From: Octopus vulgaris
Lineage: Eukaryota
Reading direction: 5' to 3'
NCBI GenBank assembly: GCA_951406725.2
Contig: OX597832.1
Coordinates: forward strand, 2,542,001-2,606,000
Length of the DNA: 64,000 nt
Under the pieces are notes generated by a model. That model saw nothing but the letters and a program-made list of their open reading frames with translations. It made no database searches and was not told the origin of the DNA. A program made the translations under genes and the position numbers. Shown piece by piece: positions 10,601 through 24,376 of this stretch; the stretch's first letter is position 1, and every line of letters begins with the position of its first letter.

Positions 10601-12665
10601 CAGTGTGTCCGATTGAATGTATGTAAGTATGTGTGTGTATGTGTATGAGTGTGTATGTATGTACATGTGTATGTGTGGAAGTGTGTGTATGTGCATGTGT
10701 GTGCGCGTGCATGCGAGTGTGTGTGTGTGTGTATGTATGTGTGAGTGTGTATGTCTGTGTATGATTTTAAGTTTTTAACTTTACAACTTATGTCTCATTA
10801 CAATTTAATTACAGATTGCTCAATGATGTTCCCTGGGAGGCAACCACCACGGACTGTTGGTTGACTCACAAAAGGTCCTACCTAGAGATGATGGCATGAG
10901 GCAGGCCCTACCTAGAGACCCACACGAGACAACACGCCATCCTGGCCTGCTCTTGGCTCAGAGGACATCACATCTTTGATGTTCTCACTCAGGCCATGGT
11001 AGACACCCATTACAAGTTCCCTCTGCAAAACAAGGTGACAAGGACTATGATGGATAATGGCAAAAACTTTGTTGAGGTATTCATGCAGTTTGGTACAGAA
11101 GTTGAACTCTTGCCAGACATTCTTGAGGCTACTGCCAATCCGGATGTGGAGGGTGCCAAGGATGTGGATCTGGACATGGATCCTGAGGCTGGGGATGTAG
11201 ATGAAGTTGAGTACATCTCTGTTGATGCCAGCCTTGACGAGTCCAGCGGCCTGGTCCTCAACCTGCCAGTGCACATAAAGTGCGTATCCCATACCTTCAA
11301 CTTGGTAGCCAATATCGATGCCAACAAGGCTCTTGACAGCACTATGTTCAAGTCAGCCTACAGGAAGGCCATGTCCAAGGTACAGCAGCTGTGTAATCTG
11401 CAGAGCTGCAGCATGGTGGCAGCAGACAGCATTCTAGATGTGTTAAAGAGGAGGCTGGTGGTCCCCAATGGTACCAGATGGAACTCTACCTATGACTCTG
11501 TTATTGTCCTCAACAACCTGCTGGAGAGGAATAGGGCAGCTGTCCACAGGGTGATGATACAGCTGAAGCTGCAGGCCTTCACCGATTCTGATGTTGGATT
11601 CCTGACAGAATATGCCTAGGTGATGTCTAATATTGTGAAAACCTTGGATAAAATCCAGTGGGGAGGACCAGGCCTATTTTGGGAGCTTTCTGCCAACTCT
11701 AGCAGCTACCGTCATGAAGTTGAAGGAGGCCAAGTTCAAACATCTCCTGTAGTGCAGTCTTCTGGTAGACACAATAATGGCAGGCTCGCATAAAGCTTTG
11801 GGCTCCTCTTAGAAGACCTGGAGTACCAGCTGGTTGCTGCCTTCCACTCCAAGTTTCTCGTGTTCAGGCTGGAGCAGTATATTAATAGCTAGGTTAGCAG
11901 AGTAACGAATGCCATAGAGACCATTGTAGAGACATCCCTAATGGAGACTAATGAGGAGGGCAGCAGCACCACCAGCAATGAGGAAGAGGATTTCTTCAGC
12001 AACATCACTCAGTTCTGGGAGATCAAGAGCCGAAGGTCACTGAAATCTAAGGCACAGAACTTGGTGAAGACCTGGCTGGAAGCCATCTTGAAGAAGGTCC
12101 TAACTGTTGTCTTTTTGGGTGAGCAGGTCTTGATTGACCTGTTCACCAAGTATAACACTGCCATCCCATCCAGTGCTGCAGTTGAGTGCCTATTCTCTAT
12201 AGGCAAAGATATTTTGAGGACCAAGAGAGCCACTCTGTCAGATGGTAACTTTGAGAGGCTGATGTTTAATGAAGAGCATCATGTCAAGGCAATGGAGAAG
12301 ACCCAGCCAGAGCAATACACCTTGATCGTCATCTGATCTTGGCATGATACCTATACTATACCGTTTTGATTGATTTAATACTTTTTGTACAGTAAATAAA
12401 GTGTGTGTTGACTGAAAAACTAATGTTTAATTTCATTTGTTCATTTAATTATTTGCGTATGCTTTGATCATCATCTGATCTTGGCATGCTATACCTTTTT
12501 GGAAAGCTTTATGTCTAATCTACAACATGAAAATTTCAGCTCTCCAGGTCTAACTACATATGATAAAAGTTTGTGGTTATCAGTTAGCATTAGCGTCTGC
12601 TAATTTTTTTTTACCTGTTTAGTGGTTAGTGACATTAACTTTTTGATTAGCTGTGCCCACCACGT
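7687..12665 (+). mobile_element. Degraded hAT DNA transposon with nested insertions
   Basis: TIRs CAGTGGTGAGCACAG (7687) and CTGTGCCCACCAC (12651). BED-finger remnant near 8260-8340 (CVMC...NLKSH). TTDCW, CVSH and TRWNS motifs, and the C-terminal dimerisation motif PSSAAVECLFS in ORFs 10996..11619 and 11941..12336. Confidence 0.88.
9697..10745 (-). mobile_element. Microsatellite-rich Penelope-like non-autonomous repeat nested in the hAT element
   Basis: CpG-rich, young-looking insert flanked by (TA)n and (GT)n. Its - strand carries the hammerhead-like motif CCGACGA-AGAGCTCCGCTC-GAAACGTC. Confidence 0.45.
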
Positions 12666-13075
12666 GTGTGTGTTGAAAATAATTTTGTGTAATCGATGGA
12701 AATGTAATGATAATCATAATAATAATAATACAACAACAACAATAATAATCCTTTCTATTATAAGCTTGAAATTTTGGGGGAAGGTATAGTCAATTACATT
12801 GACCCAATGCTTCACTGGTACTTATTTTATCAACCCCCAAACGTATGAAAGGCAAGTCAACCTTCTTGGCATTTTAAGCAAAAATAAAATCAGAAAAAAT
12901 GCCACTAAGCCAGTATGCTAATGATTCTGCCAACTTGCCACTTTTTCAATAAAGATACATATGATGTTAATTTACAACACATACATACATGCAAAATATG
13001 TACACACATTTATGCTTCCAAATATGCGCACATCTAAACACAGGCATACATGTGAATGCATGAAGGATGGACATA

Positions 13076-14324
13076 CTAGGCCTTGTGAAAGTCCTGTTAC
13101 ACTTGATATGACACTCTCAGCAAAGGACACAACGATAGTTTTGATGCAGTTAGACATGTTTTTATTGTTTTAACATTTAAATATTAATATCAAACAATGT
13201 GGCCACCCTTAGCAGTGAACACAAGCTCCAGGAGAGACCTGAAGGCCATGCACACATTGTGGATGAAGTCCTTCTTCATGCTGGCTCACACACTGTTGAC
13301 AGAAGGCTTCAGTTCGTCGATGTTGCTGTAACAGACCTTGCAGGCCTTGTCCTGAACATATACCCACACACTGTAGCCATGGGGGTTGAGGCTGGGCGAC
13401 TGCAACAGCCAAAATTCCTTCGACTTGAGGTTCATGTTCGACCCCAAACACTCTTGCATGGCCTTGGCCATGTGAACTGGGGCACCATACTGCTGAAAGA
13501 CGTAGTCTACCTTCTTTGTGATCTTTCTCTCCCAGGGCAGGACTTTCGTGTCCAAGATATCCCTGTAGTTGGCTGCGGTGAGCCTGTAACCAGCTGTGAA
13601 CCACACTGGTGGCATTTTCTTGCCATATGAAGCTATGATGTCAAGCATCATCCCAAAGGCCGGCTGCTTGGTTGTGGACACATAGTGGACCTTGGAGATG
13701 TCCTGACTGAAGCTGACCATACAGTCATTCTGCTTGTTGACAACCAGATTGACCATGAAGGTTTTTTCATCAGAAAAATGAGAATTCAATTGCCATGACA
13801 CTTCAAGTCGTTGAGGTGATGACAGTGCTGCCAGTGTTTTTCTCACATATGGTTGGTGAGCAGAGTCCTTTCCACATATCTCAAGCTCTTGCTGCTCTCC
13901 TCCTTGATAGCCCTGGACACCTTGGTCACTGAGATGTTCTTCATGAGCACAGTCATTTTGAGCTTTGGATATCTTGTGAAGGCCTTTCTCACAGCCAAAC
14001 ATTTGACAACTTGAGGTCTGCCTAATTGAGATTGACCTTTGAAGCCTTTTCTATTCTTGAGCCTTTCTGCGACTCTGTAGACAGTCATCTGGCTGATGTT
14101 GAGCTGCTTGGTGATGTCAGATTTGTGGTCTGCATGCAGGAGAACAGAGATTGTGATTCTTTTCACTTCCATCTCAATACACATGCACACAATGGAAAAG
14201 ACATTTTAATGACATGTGCTGTAAAAGTAGAACGTTAAGTATGTTTGACGGCACTTTTTCTACTACACATGTTAACCTCTCGAAAGATCAAAACTGAGTG
14301 TAACAAGACTTTTGCAAAGCCCAG
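13076..14324 (-). mobile_element. Full-length degraded Tc1/mariner-superfamily transposon (maT/DD37D-like)
   Basis: Imperfect TIRs CTAGGCCTTGTGAAAGTCCTGTTACACT and AGTGTAACAAGACTTTTGCAAAGCCCAG, flanked by TA on both sides. Transposase remnants include an HTH, FSDEKTF, FQQYGAPVH and SPSLNP. Confidence 0.85.
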
Positions 14325-14953
14325 TACATGCAGTAACATTCATGGGCACACATATATTTACTCGTACTCACACATTCACAGACATGTACATTGATACACA
14401 TACAGAGGAGTAAAGGCCAATGTTTTGACACTTGTATGAGCAAATGCATACACACATACAGATATCTATTCACACATACATATAGATACATGTCTTTGTA
14501 CTCATCTATCAAAAGACTCAGAAATTGTTGAGTAATTGGATTTCTCTGACCATGTGCTAATGCTATGACACAGCTGAAATCTTGGACTCTGTTTTGAAAC
14601 CTCATTTGTAGATATCTGACTTTATTTCAGTTCCTGTTGCCATTGCTAAAGGTATGAATATTACATTCTCTAACTGTTTTGGATTCATAGAGAAGATATT
14701 TTGAGATCAATTTGTGCGTCATCATAAAATACTTTGACATAACCATAGCAACATAAATCCAGATATGAACTGTAGCAGAAAAAAATATCAGGCAGTAAAA
14801 ATAATTGCCTGATATTTGAAGTAACTTTTAAATATTTTTAAAGTAACTTTAAACCTATCACATTTGATTTCTTGTAGTTTTCTTCTGTTTAAAATTAAAT
14901 TACGCACCACACACTCACATTTATATATATTTTAAATATATTTAAAATATATA

Positions 14954-15835
14954 CTAGGTGCATTCCAAAAGTATCTAACCTTTGGGCATAAAAAAACAAA
15001 ACAATTTTATACATTTCACAAATTTTATTTAATCACGTTCAGATACTCCCCTTGGGAGTTCACACACTTCTCCCATCAGTTCTGCCACTACTGGTAACAC
15101 CTTTGGAATGCTATGGAACTCCACCCTTGCTTTTCTCATAATTTCCTCTTGTGACTCAAATCACTTCCCTTTCAGCATGGTTTTCAGTTTGAGGAAGAGC
15201 CAGAGGTCACACGGTGTCAAATCGGGAGAGTAGGGAACCTGTCAAACAAATGTTCTTCTTGACCAGGAAAGCTTGGATTACTAGGTGCATTCAGAAAGTA
15301 TCTGATTTTATTTTTTCGATGACATTTTCCACATGCACAAATCCTCTGTTAAAATGGAATACACTGATCCTGTACTTATTCCCACCTCGTGAGGAATTTC
15401 CTGGATTGTTACACGACAGTCTTCCATAACTATTTGTTGAACCTTCTTAATCGGCTTGTAGATGGCCTGCTTGAGCATGTCTTGCTCTCCACTGATGTAT
15501 AACCATGTTTGAAGCAGTTATGCCACTCCTTGATCTAAGTTTTGCCCATGGCATCATCGTCAAAGGCCTGTTGAATCTTTTGGATGGTTTGCAAAACTTG
15601 ATGCAATATTTTTACTTCATGTGTTCAGGCATCTTGCATAAAAACGAAAATCTGACTAGTGCACACTACATGTCTGTACTCTTGGTATAACAACCAGGAA
15701 GTGACATAGCTTACCAGTGCAAACAGTTTCACTCATGCACAGGAAGGGCAGCATCACCTCCCACCCAAAGGATTTTGTGCATGCAGCATTAGTTTTGGCA
15801 GAAAAAATAGTCAGATACATTTTGAATACTTCTCA
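14954..15835 (-). mobile_element. Degraded, internally deleted mariner element
   Basis: TIR-like ends TA|CTAGGTGCATTCCAAAAGTATC and GATACATTTTGAATACTTCTCA|TA. The - strand has remnants PYSPDLTPCDLWLF and WEKCVNSQGEY. Confidence 0.75.
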
Positions 15836-16224
15836 TATATGTTTTAAATATATATATAGATATTTAATGTGCAATATATGAATTTATAGAATCCTGCAAT
15901 AATCACAAAAAAGCATCACTAGTGGACCTGGCTACATACCACAGTACATTTTTATGAATTATTGGACTTCCATTGAAGATAATTTTTTTCTTGTATGTAT
16001 ATAGTGAAGTTGAAAAATTGATGTAACCAAGATGTTCTGTTGATCTGAAGAGCTAGGCTTCTACATCTGCATTGATTTGTAAATATATAATTGTATTATA
16101 GAATGTGTAGCATGCAAACTAATGCAGACATGTAAAATAATTTATTATACACTGAAATAAAAACTGCTTTTATATGATGAAGGCTGCGATATGTATATAA
16201 ATATATTTATATATATATATATAT

Positions 16225-17492
16225 GGCAAATGCTCAGAGACAATAAACACTGAAAATGTGCAGAAAACACCTTCCATCACATTCCAAGGGGAAAAAATAT
16301 AAGTAGCTGATAGCTTCCATTACTTAGGTGACCAAGTCAGTAACCAGGGTGGATCCTCTGAGAGTGTAACTGCTCGAATAAGAATAGCCTGGGCAAAGTT
16401 CAGAGAGCTACCTCTGCTGGTGACAAAGGACCTCTCGCTCAGAGTAAAAGGTAGACTGTATAACGCCTGTTTGTGACAGCCATGCTACATGGCAGTGAAA
16501 CATGGGCCATTACTGCTGAGGTTATGCGTAAGCTTGCAAGGAATGAAGCTAGTATGCTTTGCTGGATGTGTAATGTCAGTGTGCATATACAACAGAGTGT
16601 AAGTGCTCTGAGAGAAAAGTTGGACATAAGAAGCATCAGATGTGGTGTGCAAGGGTGATGACTGCGCTGGTATGGTCACGTGTTGTGTATGGATGAGGAC
16701 AGCTGTGTGAAAAAGTGTCACACCCTTGCAGTAGAGGGAACCTGTGGAAAGGTAGACTCAAGAAGACCTTTAATGAGGTGATGAAGCACAACCTTCAAAC
16801 ATTGGGCCTCACCGAGGTGATGACAAGTGACTGAGATCTTTGGAGATATGCTGTGCTTGAGAAGACCTAGCAAGCCAAGTGAGACCGTAACCATGGCCTA
16901 TCCCACTGCAGCATAACTATTCCATTTAAGAGTACCCTTCAATCATTGGGCAATAAACTGCACTTGCGGAGACCTGTTGAGGCAAGTGAAGTTGTTGTCG
17001 TTTCCGATGACAGTACTGCCTGATTGGCACATAAAAAGCACCATTCGAGTATGCTTGATGCCAGTGCTGCCTGACTTGTCCCATGAGGGTGACACGTAAA
17101 AAGTATCATTCAAGTGTGATCATTGCCAGTGCCCCTGACTGGCTCCTGTGTCAGTGGCACATAAGCACCATTCATGCATGTTCGATACCAGTGTCGGCTG
17201 ACTGGTCCCATGCCAATAGCATGTAAAAAGCACGAGTGTGGTCATTGCCAGTGCCGCCTGACTAGCTCCCATGCTGGTGGCACGTAAAAAGCACCATTCA
17301 AGTGTAGTCAATACCAGTACTGCCTGACTAGCCCTTATGGGTACATAAAAAGTACCCACTACACTCTCGGAGTGGTTGGCTTTTGGGAAGGGCATGCAGC
17401 TGTAGAAACTTTGCTAGATCAGATTGGAGTCTGGTGCAGCCTTCAGTCTTGTCAGCATGGAAAGCGGACGTTAAATGATGATAATGATGATG
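16225..17492 (+). mobile_element. 5'-truncated RTE LINE
   Basis: Decayed RIRIAWAKFREL...HGSETW coding remnant, a tandemly repeated 3' UTR and a (GAT)n tail. Confidence 0.85.
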
Positions 17493-17507
17493 ATTGATAT
17501 ATAATAT

Positions 17508-18020
17508 CATCATCATCATCATCATTAGTTAACATCTGCTTTCCATACTTGCATAGTTTGAAGAGTAGCTGGCAAGCCAGAGGACTGTGCCAACTGTCTG
17601 CTTTGGCATGGTTTCTATGGTTTTTCTAATGCCAACCACTTTACAGAGTGGCATTCTATGTGGCACCAGTACCAGCAATATCACCAAGTAACTTGCAAAG
17701 TAAAACCCTTCAACTGATTGGGGAGTAGTATTGAGAGAGATGGCTTTCTGCCAGGTGATGTGATATTAGAGTATGAATAGTGGGATAGAAACAGAGGTTT
17801 TGCTGTAGTGGAGATACACAGCTACACTAGTTGGAAAAGAGAAAGAGAAAGAAGGTGTATCAAAGCATACCCTCAAGTTACAGAGGGGGGGTGTATAAGG
17901 GAAAGGGTACAGAGGATTGGATAAGGTGAGAGATGGTGGGGACGGGAATGCAGTGAGTGATCACAGGTGGAGGAAGGTGGGATTAGGAAGTAGAGCAGAG
18001 TAGAGAGACTCATCAGGAAT
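17508..18020 (-). mobile_element. RTE 3' UTR fragment, tail-to-tail with the previous copy
   Basis: (CAT)n followed by a diverged reverse complement of the family 3' end. Similar to 22925-23700. Confidence 0.6.
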
Positions 18021-19512
18021 GAATATATATATAGATATAGATATATCTATCCCTTGCTGAGATTTGAAGTAGTTCCATGAAATTCTTTCAACTCTTTGCT
18101 AATCTTGTTACTAAACAGTATTTGATAGCAGAAATTTTGTCCCCTAGCTACTCAACTATTACTGACTATAATTTATATTCCCTTGATAAAAGAACTTTGC
18201 ACCATAGCTACCCTACAACTCCCACAAGCAATAATTCATATCACCTAGGTAGCAGAACTTTATACCCTAGCTACTGTGCTACCTCTGTTACCAGCACAAG
18301 ATAGCTGACACCACTGACCTACTCTTTCAAACTTATTCAAAATAACCTATCTAAAAAACAAATATTATTTTCACTTAAAGTGACTGATTTTCACATATCC
18401 AGTTGCATTGTTCACATTTTTTCTATTTTAGCTATTCTGTATTTGTATAAAATGAATCATATAGATCTTATGAATATATTGTGTTAGTACATTTCAAGTC
18501 TATACAGGTATAAGGATAACATTGATATGTCTAATAAGGTCATTACTGTATCAATAGGGCATTTTTTTACAACTGATAAAAAGAAAAACCAAGATTTCTG
18601 TCCAAATTAATGTTTATCATGATCTTTGTTATCTTATCTGTTCCTTTGACATAATAGTTGAAGTAGTTGAGGTTAACTTGTGGGACGCTACTTAAACAGT
18701 AATAAAACAATAGTTGAGATTAGTTTTTAACTTGTGTTATATTATAGACACAAATCTTCTTTTCTACATCCTTCTTGGACTTGTTTTGCATTAAAAAGAA
18801 ACTTCCTCTTGCTAGAGAGGGTGTTTGAGATAATGAGAGTGCAGTCTGGAAGGAGTATGTTGGATGAACATTTTGGTTGTTGGTCAAATCAAAGCAACCA
18901 TATACCTCTTTGGATCTATTAACTTACTGTTGCATCTCCTTGTGCACAAGCTGGTGAGGTATTGTTCTCTATGTATTGTTGTTATCTATGTGACATTAGT
19001 CAGTTTTTGTAAATGGAGTTTGGACTGGTTGAAAAATCTATTGACACTTCTGGAAGTCTGTCCCAGCAAACCAAACACAGTGTTTCAAGCTGTCATTGTT
19101 TCAGCCTTATACTTTAGATGTGAAACATAGACACTGTACCATCAAGACTTCAAGAAACTTGAGTACTGAAGAGTTTCAAATGGGCAAATTATGCCACCAG
19201 TATTGCAGTACCTGAGAAAGCTAAAGCTAAGCCATCTTCATGAAACATTAGCTCAGATGGCCAGGCCATGTATATCATATAAGTGATCTCATTTATACAC
19301 ATTGGTTTCAAATTTTGGCACAAAGCCAACAATTTTGGGAGAGATGCTAAATTGATTAAATTGACCCTAGTGCTCAACTGGTACTTATTTTATTGATCCT
19401 GAAAGGATGAAAGGCACCCCTGGTGGCATTTGAACCCAGAATGTAAAGAAGGGCAAAATTCCATTTGGCATTTTGCCTGTCATACTAACAGTTCTGCCAG
19501 CTTGCTGCCTTA

Positions 19513-20744
19513 TGCCGATTTTTAAAGGAAAGAAAAAGGTCGATAAATACTTGCCATTACATTTTTAATCAACCAAATATGAACCATTTTGTTGCACAAT
19601 GTGCCTCCATCTTTCCTTTAGCTTGAAAATACCCTCTTCCCAGAATTGAGGTGGTTTCATGGCAAAGAATTCATCAACGTATCTTTTTATGTCATCCAAG
19701 GAATTGAAATTTTTACCATTAAGACTATGCTGCAGAGACCTGAATAAGTGGAAATCTGAAGGATCAATGTCTGGTGAATATGGAGAGTGGGGTAACACAT
19801 CCTAACCGAGCTGCAGCAATTTTTGTCTGGTTCCCAAAGAAACATGTGGTCTTGCATTATCATGTTGGAACACAACACCCTTCCTGTTGGCCAATTCTGG
19901 ATGTTTCTCTTCAATTGCTGCTTTTAACTCGACCAGTTGTGTGCTCTATTTCTCAGAATTAATTGTCTGGTTATTTGGGAGAACCTCACAGTACAGAATT
20001 CCTTTCCAATCTCACCAGACACAAAGCAAGACATTTTTAGGGTGAAGACCTGCTTTTGGGGTGGCTAAGAGTGGCTCATGTCGCTTACTCCAGGATCGCT
20101 TTCTCTGAACATTTCGGTAGATAATCCATCACCTGTCACAATTTGCTTTAAAAAAGGCACGTTTCCATTCTGTTTATAAAGCGAATCAAAGATGGAAATG
20201 TGATCCAAAAGGTTCTTCTCACTCAACTCATGTGGTACCCAAGCTTTACAAGGTACTCATGAACAATGGATTTTGATAGGTTGAGGCTTTCTGCCAATTC
20301 TTGGGTTGTGCAATGTGGGTTATTCTCAATTAATGATTTGATTTGGTCATCATCTGTAGTGGATGGTCTGTCTGATCACTCTTTATCAATAATGCTACAA
20401 TCTCCAGCTTGGAACCTTGCAAACCACTTCCGTACAGTTCTTTTGGATAAAGAAATGTCACCGTAAACTGCACATATTTCTTTGGTTGCTTGTGAGGCAT
20501 TTTCCCCTTTACAGAAAAAGAAAAGCATCAAGTGCTGAAAATGAACTTTCTTATCTTCCATTTTAAAGGGTTACAGAATTAACACAGGTTATAGGAACAT
20601 AAACCTTTTTCCATAAAAAGTTAGCTTAAACTTTGCTCTAAATGGAGGTGTAGTAAAATCCTATTTTATGGACTCAACCATGTTCTAAAATAAGTCAAAT
20701 GGTAAGCTACTATAAATTGGCACAAACTTTCCGGACAACCCAAT
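19513..20744 (-). mobile_element. Near full-length degraded mariner (DD34D-type) element
   Basis: MEDKKVHFQHLMLFFF...ICAVYG HTH, WVPHEL, HDNARPH-like motif and HSPYSPDIDPSDFHLF. Right TIR ...AACTTTCCGGACAACCCAAT. The left end abuts a SINE. Confidence 0.88.
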
Positions 20745-21086
20745 CTATTAAAACTACATGTCTAGCAGAGCTGACCCAAGGCTGCTCATCCACAACAAAA
20801 ATACAAAATAACATAAAACTGTTTAAATTTCCAGACTGAAGTGGACTTCACTTCTCTCTCTTATGAAGTCAATAAAATTATTATCTGAGTATTGAGATCA
20901 ACAAACTCAAATAAAACCTTTGAAGTTGGTGCCTCAGAGACTGAAACTAATGAAAGAATGAAAGAAAACTCTGAAATGTTATTAAGAAAAAACATTAAAC
21001 TTACTGAACTGCTGTCTGTGGTATATAAGGTTTGAATTTTCACAGCTGAATAATTTATTATTAATTACTTTTCTTCTATATTTCAG

Positions 21087-21131
21087 GAATGCATTCATGG
21101 AGACATTTTTCTTTAAGTTCAGCTCAAGCAG
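21087..21131 (+). CDS. HADHA: HADHA exon 2
   Basis: Polypyrimidine tract and TTTCAG|, 45 nt reading (G)MHSWRHFSLSSAQA, donor G|GTAAGT, phase 1-1. The R-x-F-S motif is typical of presequence cleavage sites. Confidence 0.85.
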
Positions 21132-21336
21132 GTAAGTGAATATCATTTATATTCTTTTATTCTTTTACTTGTTTCAGTCATTTGACTGTGGCTGTGCTGG
21201 AGCACCGCCTTAAGGGGTTTTAGAGCCTAGTACTTATTCTATTGGTTTACTTTTGCTGAACTGCTAAATTGGATGTAAACACACCAACATCGGTTGTCAA
21301 GCAAATGTGGTGGGGGACAAACAAAGACACATACAC

Positions 21337-21378
<42 letters not shown>

Positions 21379-21474
21379 TTAATAAGGGTGAGAGAATTAG
21401 ATACTAATTTAATAGTATATTTATTCAACACCAAGTGGATGTTATAAAAATATTGTAAAAATATTATAATATGT

Positions 21475-21505
<31 letters not shown>

Positions 21506-21819
21506 AACTTATAAACAAGGACAAAAGAAAAAAAATTCCAGTGCCAAATATGCCAAAAATAAACTTAAATCGTCAATAACCACATAATTCATCACTATAA
21601 GCACGCATCTCAAAGTAAGCCAACAGAAATTTCTAAAAAAATTCCGTTATTACTGAATCAGCCCCGATTTCTGAGTTAATTCATAAAGAATTTTCTTGTC
21701 GTCAGCGGTAAATACGATAAGAAATAAATGAGATACATGTACCCATGGAAGAAGTAGACACTAAGTCATGAGTACACTTAAGTACCCCAAATATATCCAA
21801 AATAGAAATTCTACAGCAT

Positions 21820-22180
21820 ACTGGCTTCTGTGCCGGTGGCACATGACCTGCTGTGCTTGAGGAGACCTATTGAGTCAAGTACATAAACATCAAAATAAAT
21901 ATCAAATGGAAATAGTAGTTGTGATACCTGTGCCAGTGGCATGTAAAAAGCACCAACTGATCGTGGATGCTGCCAGCCTCCCCTGGCACCTGTGCCGGTG
22001 GCACGTAAAAAGCACCCACTACACTCACGGAGTGGTTGGCGTTAGGAAGGGCATCCAGCTGTAGAAACACTGCCAGATCAGACTGGAGCCTGGTGCAGCC
22101 TCCTGGCTTCCCAGACCCTGGTCGAACCGTCCAACCCGTACTAGCATGGAAAGCGGACATTAAACGATGATGATGATGAT
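21820..22180 (+). mobile_element. RTE 3' end fragment
   Basis: Family 3' end GGTGGCACGTAAAAAGCACCC...GGAAAGCGGACATTAAAC(GAT)n running into (AT)n. Confidence 0.8.
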
Positions 22181-22203
22181 ATATATATATATATATATAT
22201 ACA

Positions 22204-22415
22204 CAGTAATCCCTTGACTATCACAAGTGTTATGTTCCAAAACCTCCCACAAAAACCATTAAAATCTCAAAAAATATAAATGCCTATTGGCTGCAGAAAC
22301 CCGCGGTATAAATTTACATATATTAGTCAGAAAAATCTGCGATGTACTGAGTGCATATGAACCATGATGTACTGTGTGCACAATAGGTGAACCGCAATAT
22401 GGTGAGGGATTACTG
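22204..22415. mobile_element. MITE with CAGT termini (pogo/Tigger-like)
   Basis: Terminal inverted repeats CAGTAATCCCT and AGGGATTACTG, with no coding capacity. Confidence 0.65.
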
Positions 22416-22425
22416 TGTATATATG

Positions 22426-22464
<39 letters not shown>

Positions 22465-22924
22465 ATATATACACACACACACACACACACAGATATGTAT
22501 ATCAATAATAGTTTGACTCAGCTCCACATGGCTTGAAGTTTCATGGGCACATTGGGATATATCCGCATTAAAAATCCTGATTTCTGATGAGATGGATGCA
22601 GTCCTACATGCTCATAAAACTTTAAGTCATATGGAACTAATTCAAATTGTTAATAAAAATATATGTAACTCCTACCAAATCTGTTGAGTTCCACCTTCTT
22701 GAGTTTGTTTGCTCACTTGTGGTGGGTATGTGTGTACATATATATGTATGTACATATGTGCTTATGTATGTAGATGTGTGTGTATGTATCCATGTACATA
22801 TATGATGTATGTGTGTGTGTATATGTATGTTTATGTATGTATGTATGTATGTATGTATGTATGTATCTATCTATCTATCTATCTCTCTCTCTCTCTATAT
22901 ATATATACACACACACACAGACAT

Positions 22925-24292
22925 CTCATCACCCGTTTTCCATGCTGACATTGGGTGGACAGTTTGACTGGTACTGCACCAAGCTCTGTTTTGGCTTAGT
23001 TTCTATGGCTGGATGCCCTTCCTAATGCCAACAACTTTACAGAGTGTAGTCATATGTGTGTGTGTATAAATACACACACAGAGACATATGTTTCTATACG
23101 ATTGTATGTATGTAGTCATAAGAGGAATTAAATGCAGTGTGCAAGAGAGAGGAGACTGCAGATTTGGTTATATGGTGTGTATGAACGAGGACAGTTGCAT
23201 GAAAAAATGCTGATCACTTAAAGTGGATAGAACTTGTGGAAGAGGGAGACCAAGAACGACATTGACAGTGTCACCAAGTAACATTGACAGTGTCACCAGC
23301 ATTGACAGTGTCACCAAGTAACATGCAAGACAAAAAAACCCTTCGGCTGAGAGGAGGGAGTAGTCGTGAGGGTGGTGGTGGCTTTCTGCCAGTTGATGTG
23401 TAAGTATAGAGGGATAGGGGTTGGTATCTTGCTGTAGAGTAAGCTACATGGATATTCCAGCTGCAAAAGAAAGGAGGTTGAGTTAGAGGGTAAGATAAAG
23501 AGAGTGGGTGAGTTGGATAGTAAGATAAAGTGAGCAATAATGGGATAGATGGTGGTGCATGTGTGTTGTGACATACCGTTGATGGACATTCAGGGTAGTG
23601 AGAATAAGTGAGGTGATACAGAGGTTTGAACTGGATGAGTGGGCAGGATGTAGGTGACTGAGGCAAATGATGGAGTGAAATATAGGTGAGGCTCAGGGGC
23701 AGGGGTTATAGTAGATATGACAGGGCATTGAGGGTGATAGCAGATTAGCGAGGTGTTAATGATGGAGAACAACACAGGGGAGAGAAGGCACAGAAAGGAG
23801 GTGATTGGTGGAGACAGCAGCTGGTGGAAAATAATGAGAAATGGAAGTAGTTCAGGGTGGGGAATAAGATAATTGAGAAAGCTGGCAGTTGTAGTATTTA
23901 TCTGTTCTGCTCTTGGGGGATAGAAAAGTGATGGGTGTTAGGGGATGATAAGTGGAGGGAAATGCTTGATGGGGCAGAGAGGATGTTGGTGGGCATTGGG
24001 TAGAGCCCCTTACAGACATGCATCAACCAAGGGAGTTTAGGATATCAATTCTGCTATTGTGGATAGGTCTTCTTGAGTACAGTGTGGAGTCAAATATGTC
24101 GGTCCTTTGTCATCTCCTTTATAAGGCTCAGTGCCTTGAGATTGGCTTTCAGTACTTCATCCCATGTCGTTCTTGGTCTCCCTCTTCCACAAGTTCTATC
24201 CACTTTAAGTGATCAGCATTTTTTCATGCAACTGTCCTCGTTCATACACACCATATAACCAAATCTGCAGTCTCCTCTCTCTTGCACACTGC
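22925..24292 (-). mobile_element. Old 5'-truncated RTE copy interrupted by an inverted duplication
   Basis: 3' end at about 22925-23049, long 3' UTR, and the C-terminal coding remnant at 24070-24290. Confidence 0.7.
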
Positions 24293-24376
24293 ATTTAATT
24301 CCTCTTATGACTACATACATACAATCGTATAGAAACATATGTCTCTGTGTGTGTATTTATACACACACACATATGA
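23050..24376. repeat. Apparently perfect 213-bp inverted repeat (arms 23050-23262 and 24164-24376)
   Basis: By eye, the arms are exact reverse complements (TCATATGTGTG...CAAGAACGACAT vs ATGTCGTTCTTG...CACACATATGA). Confidence 0.9.
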
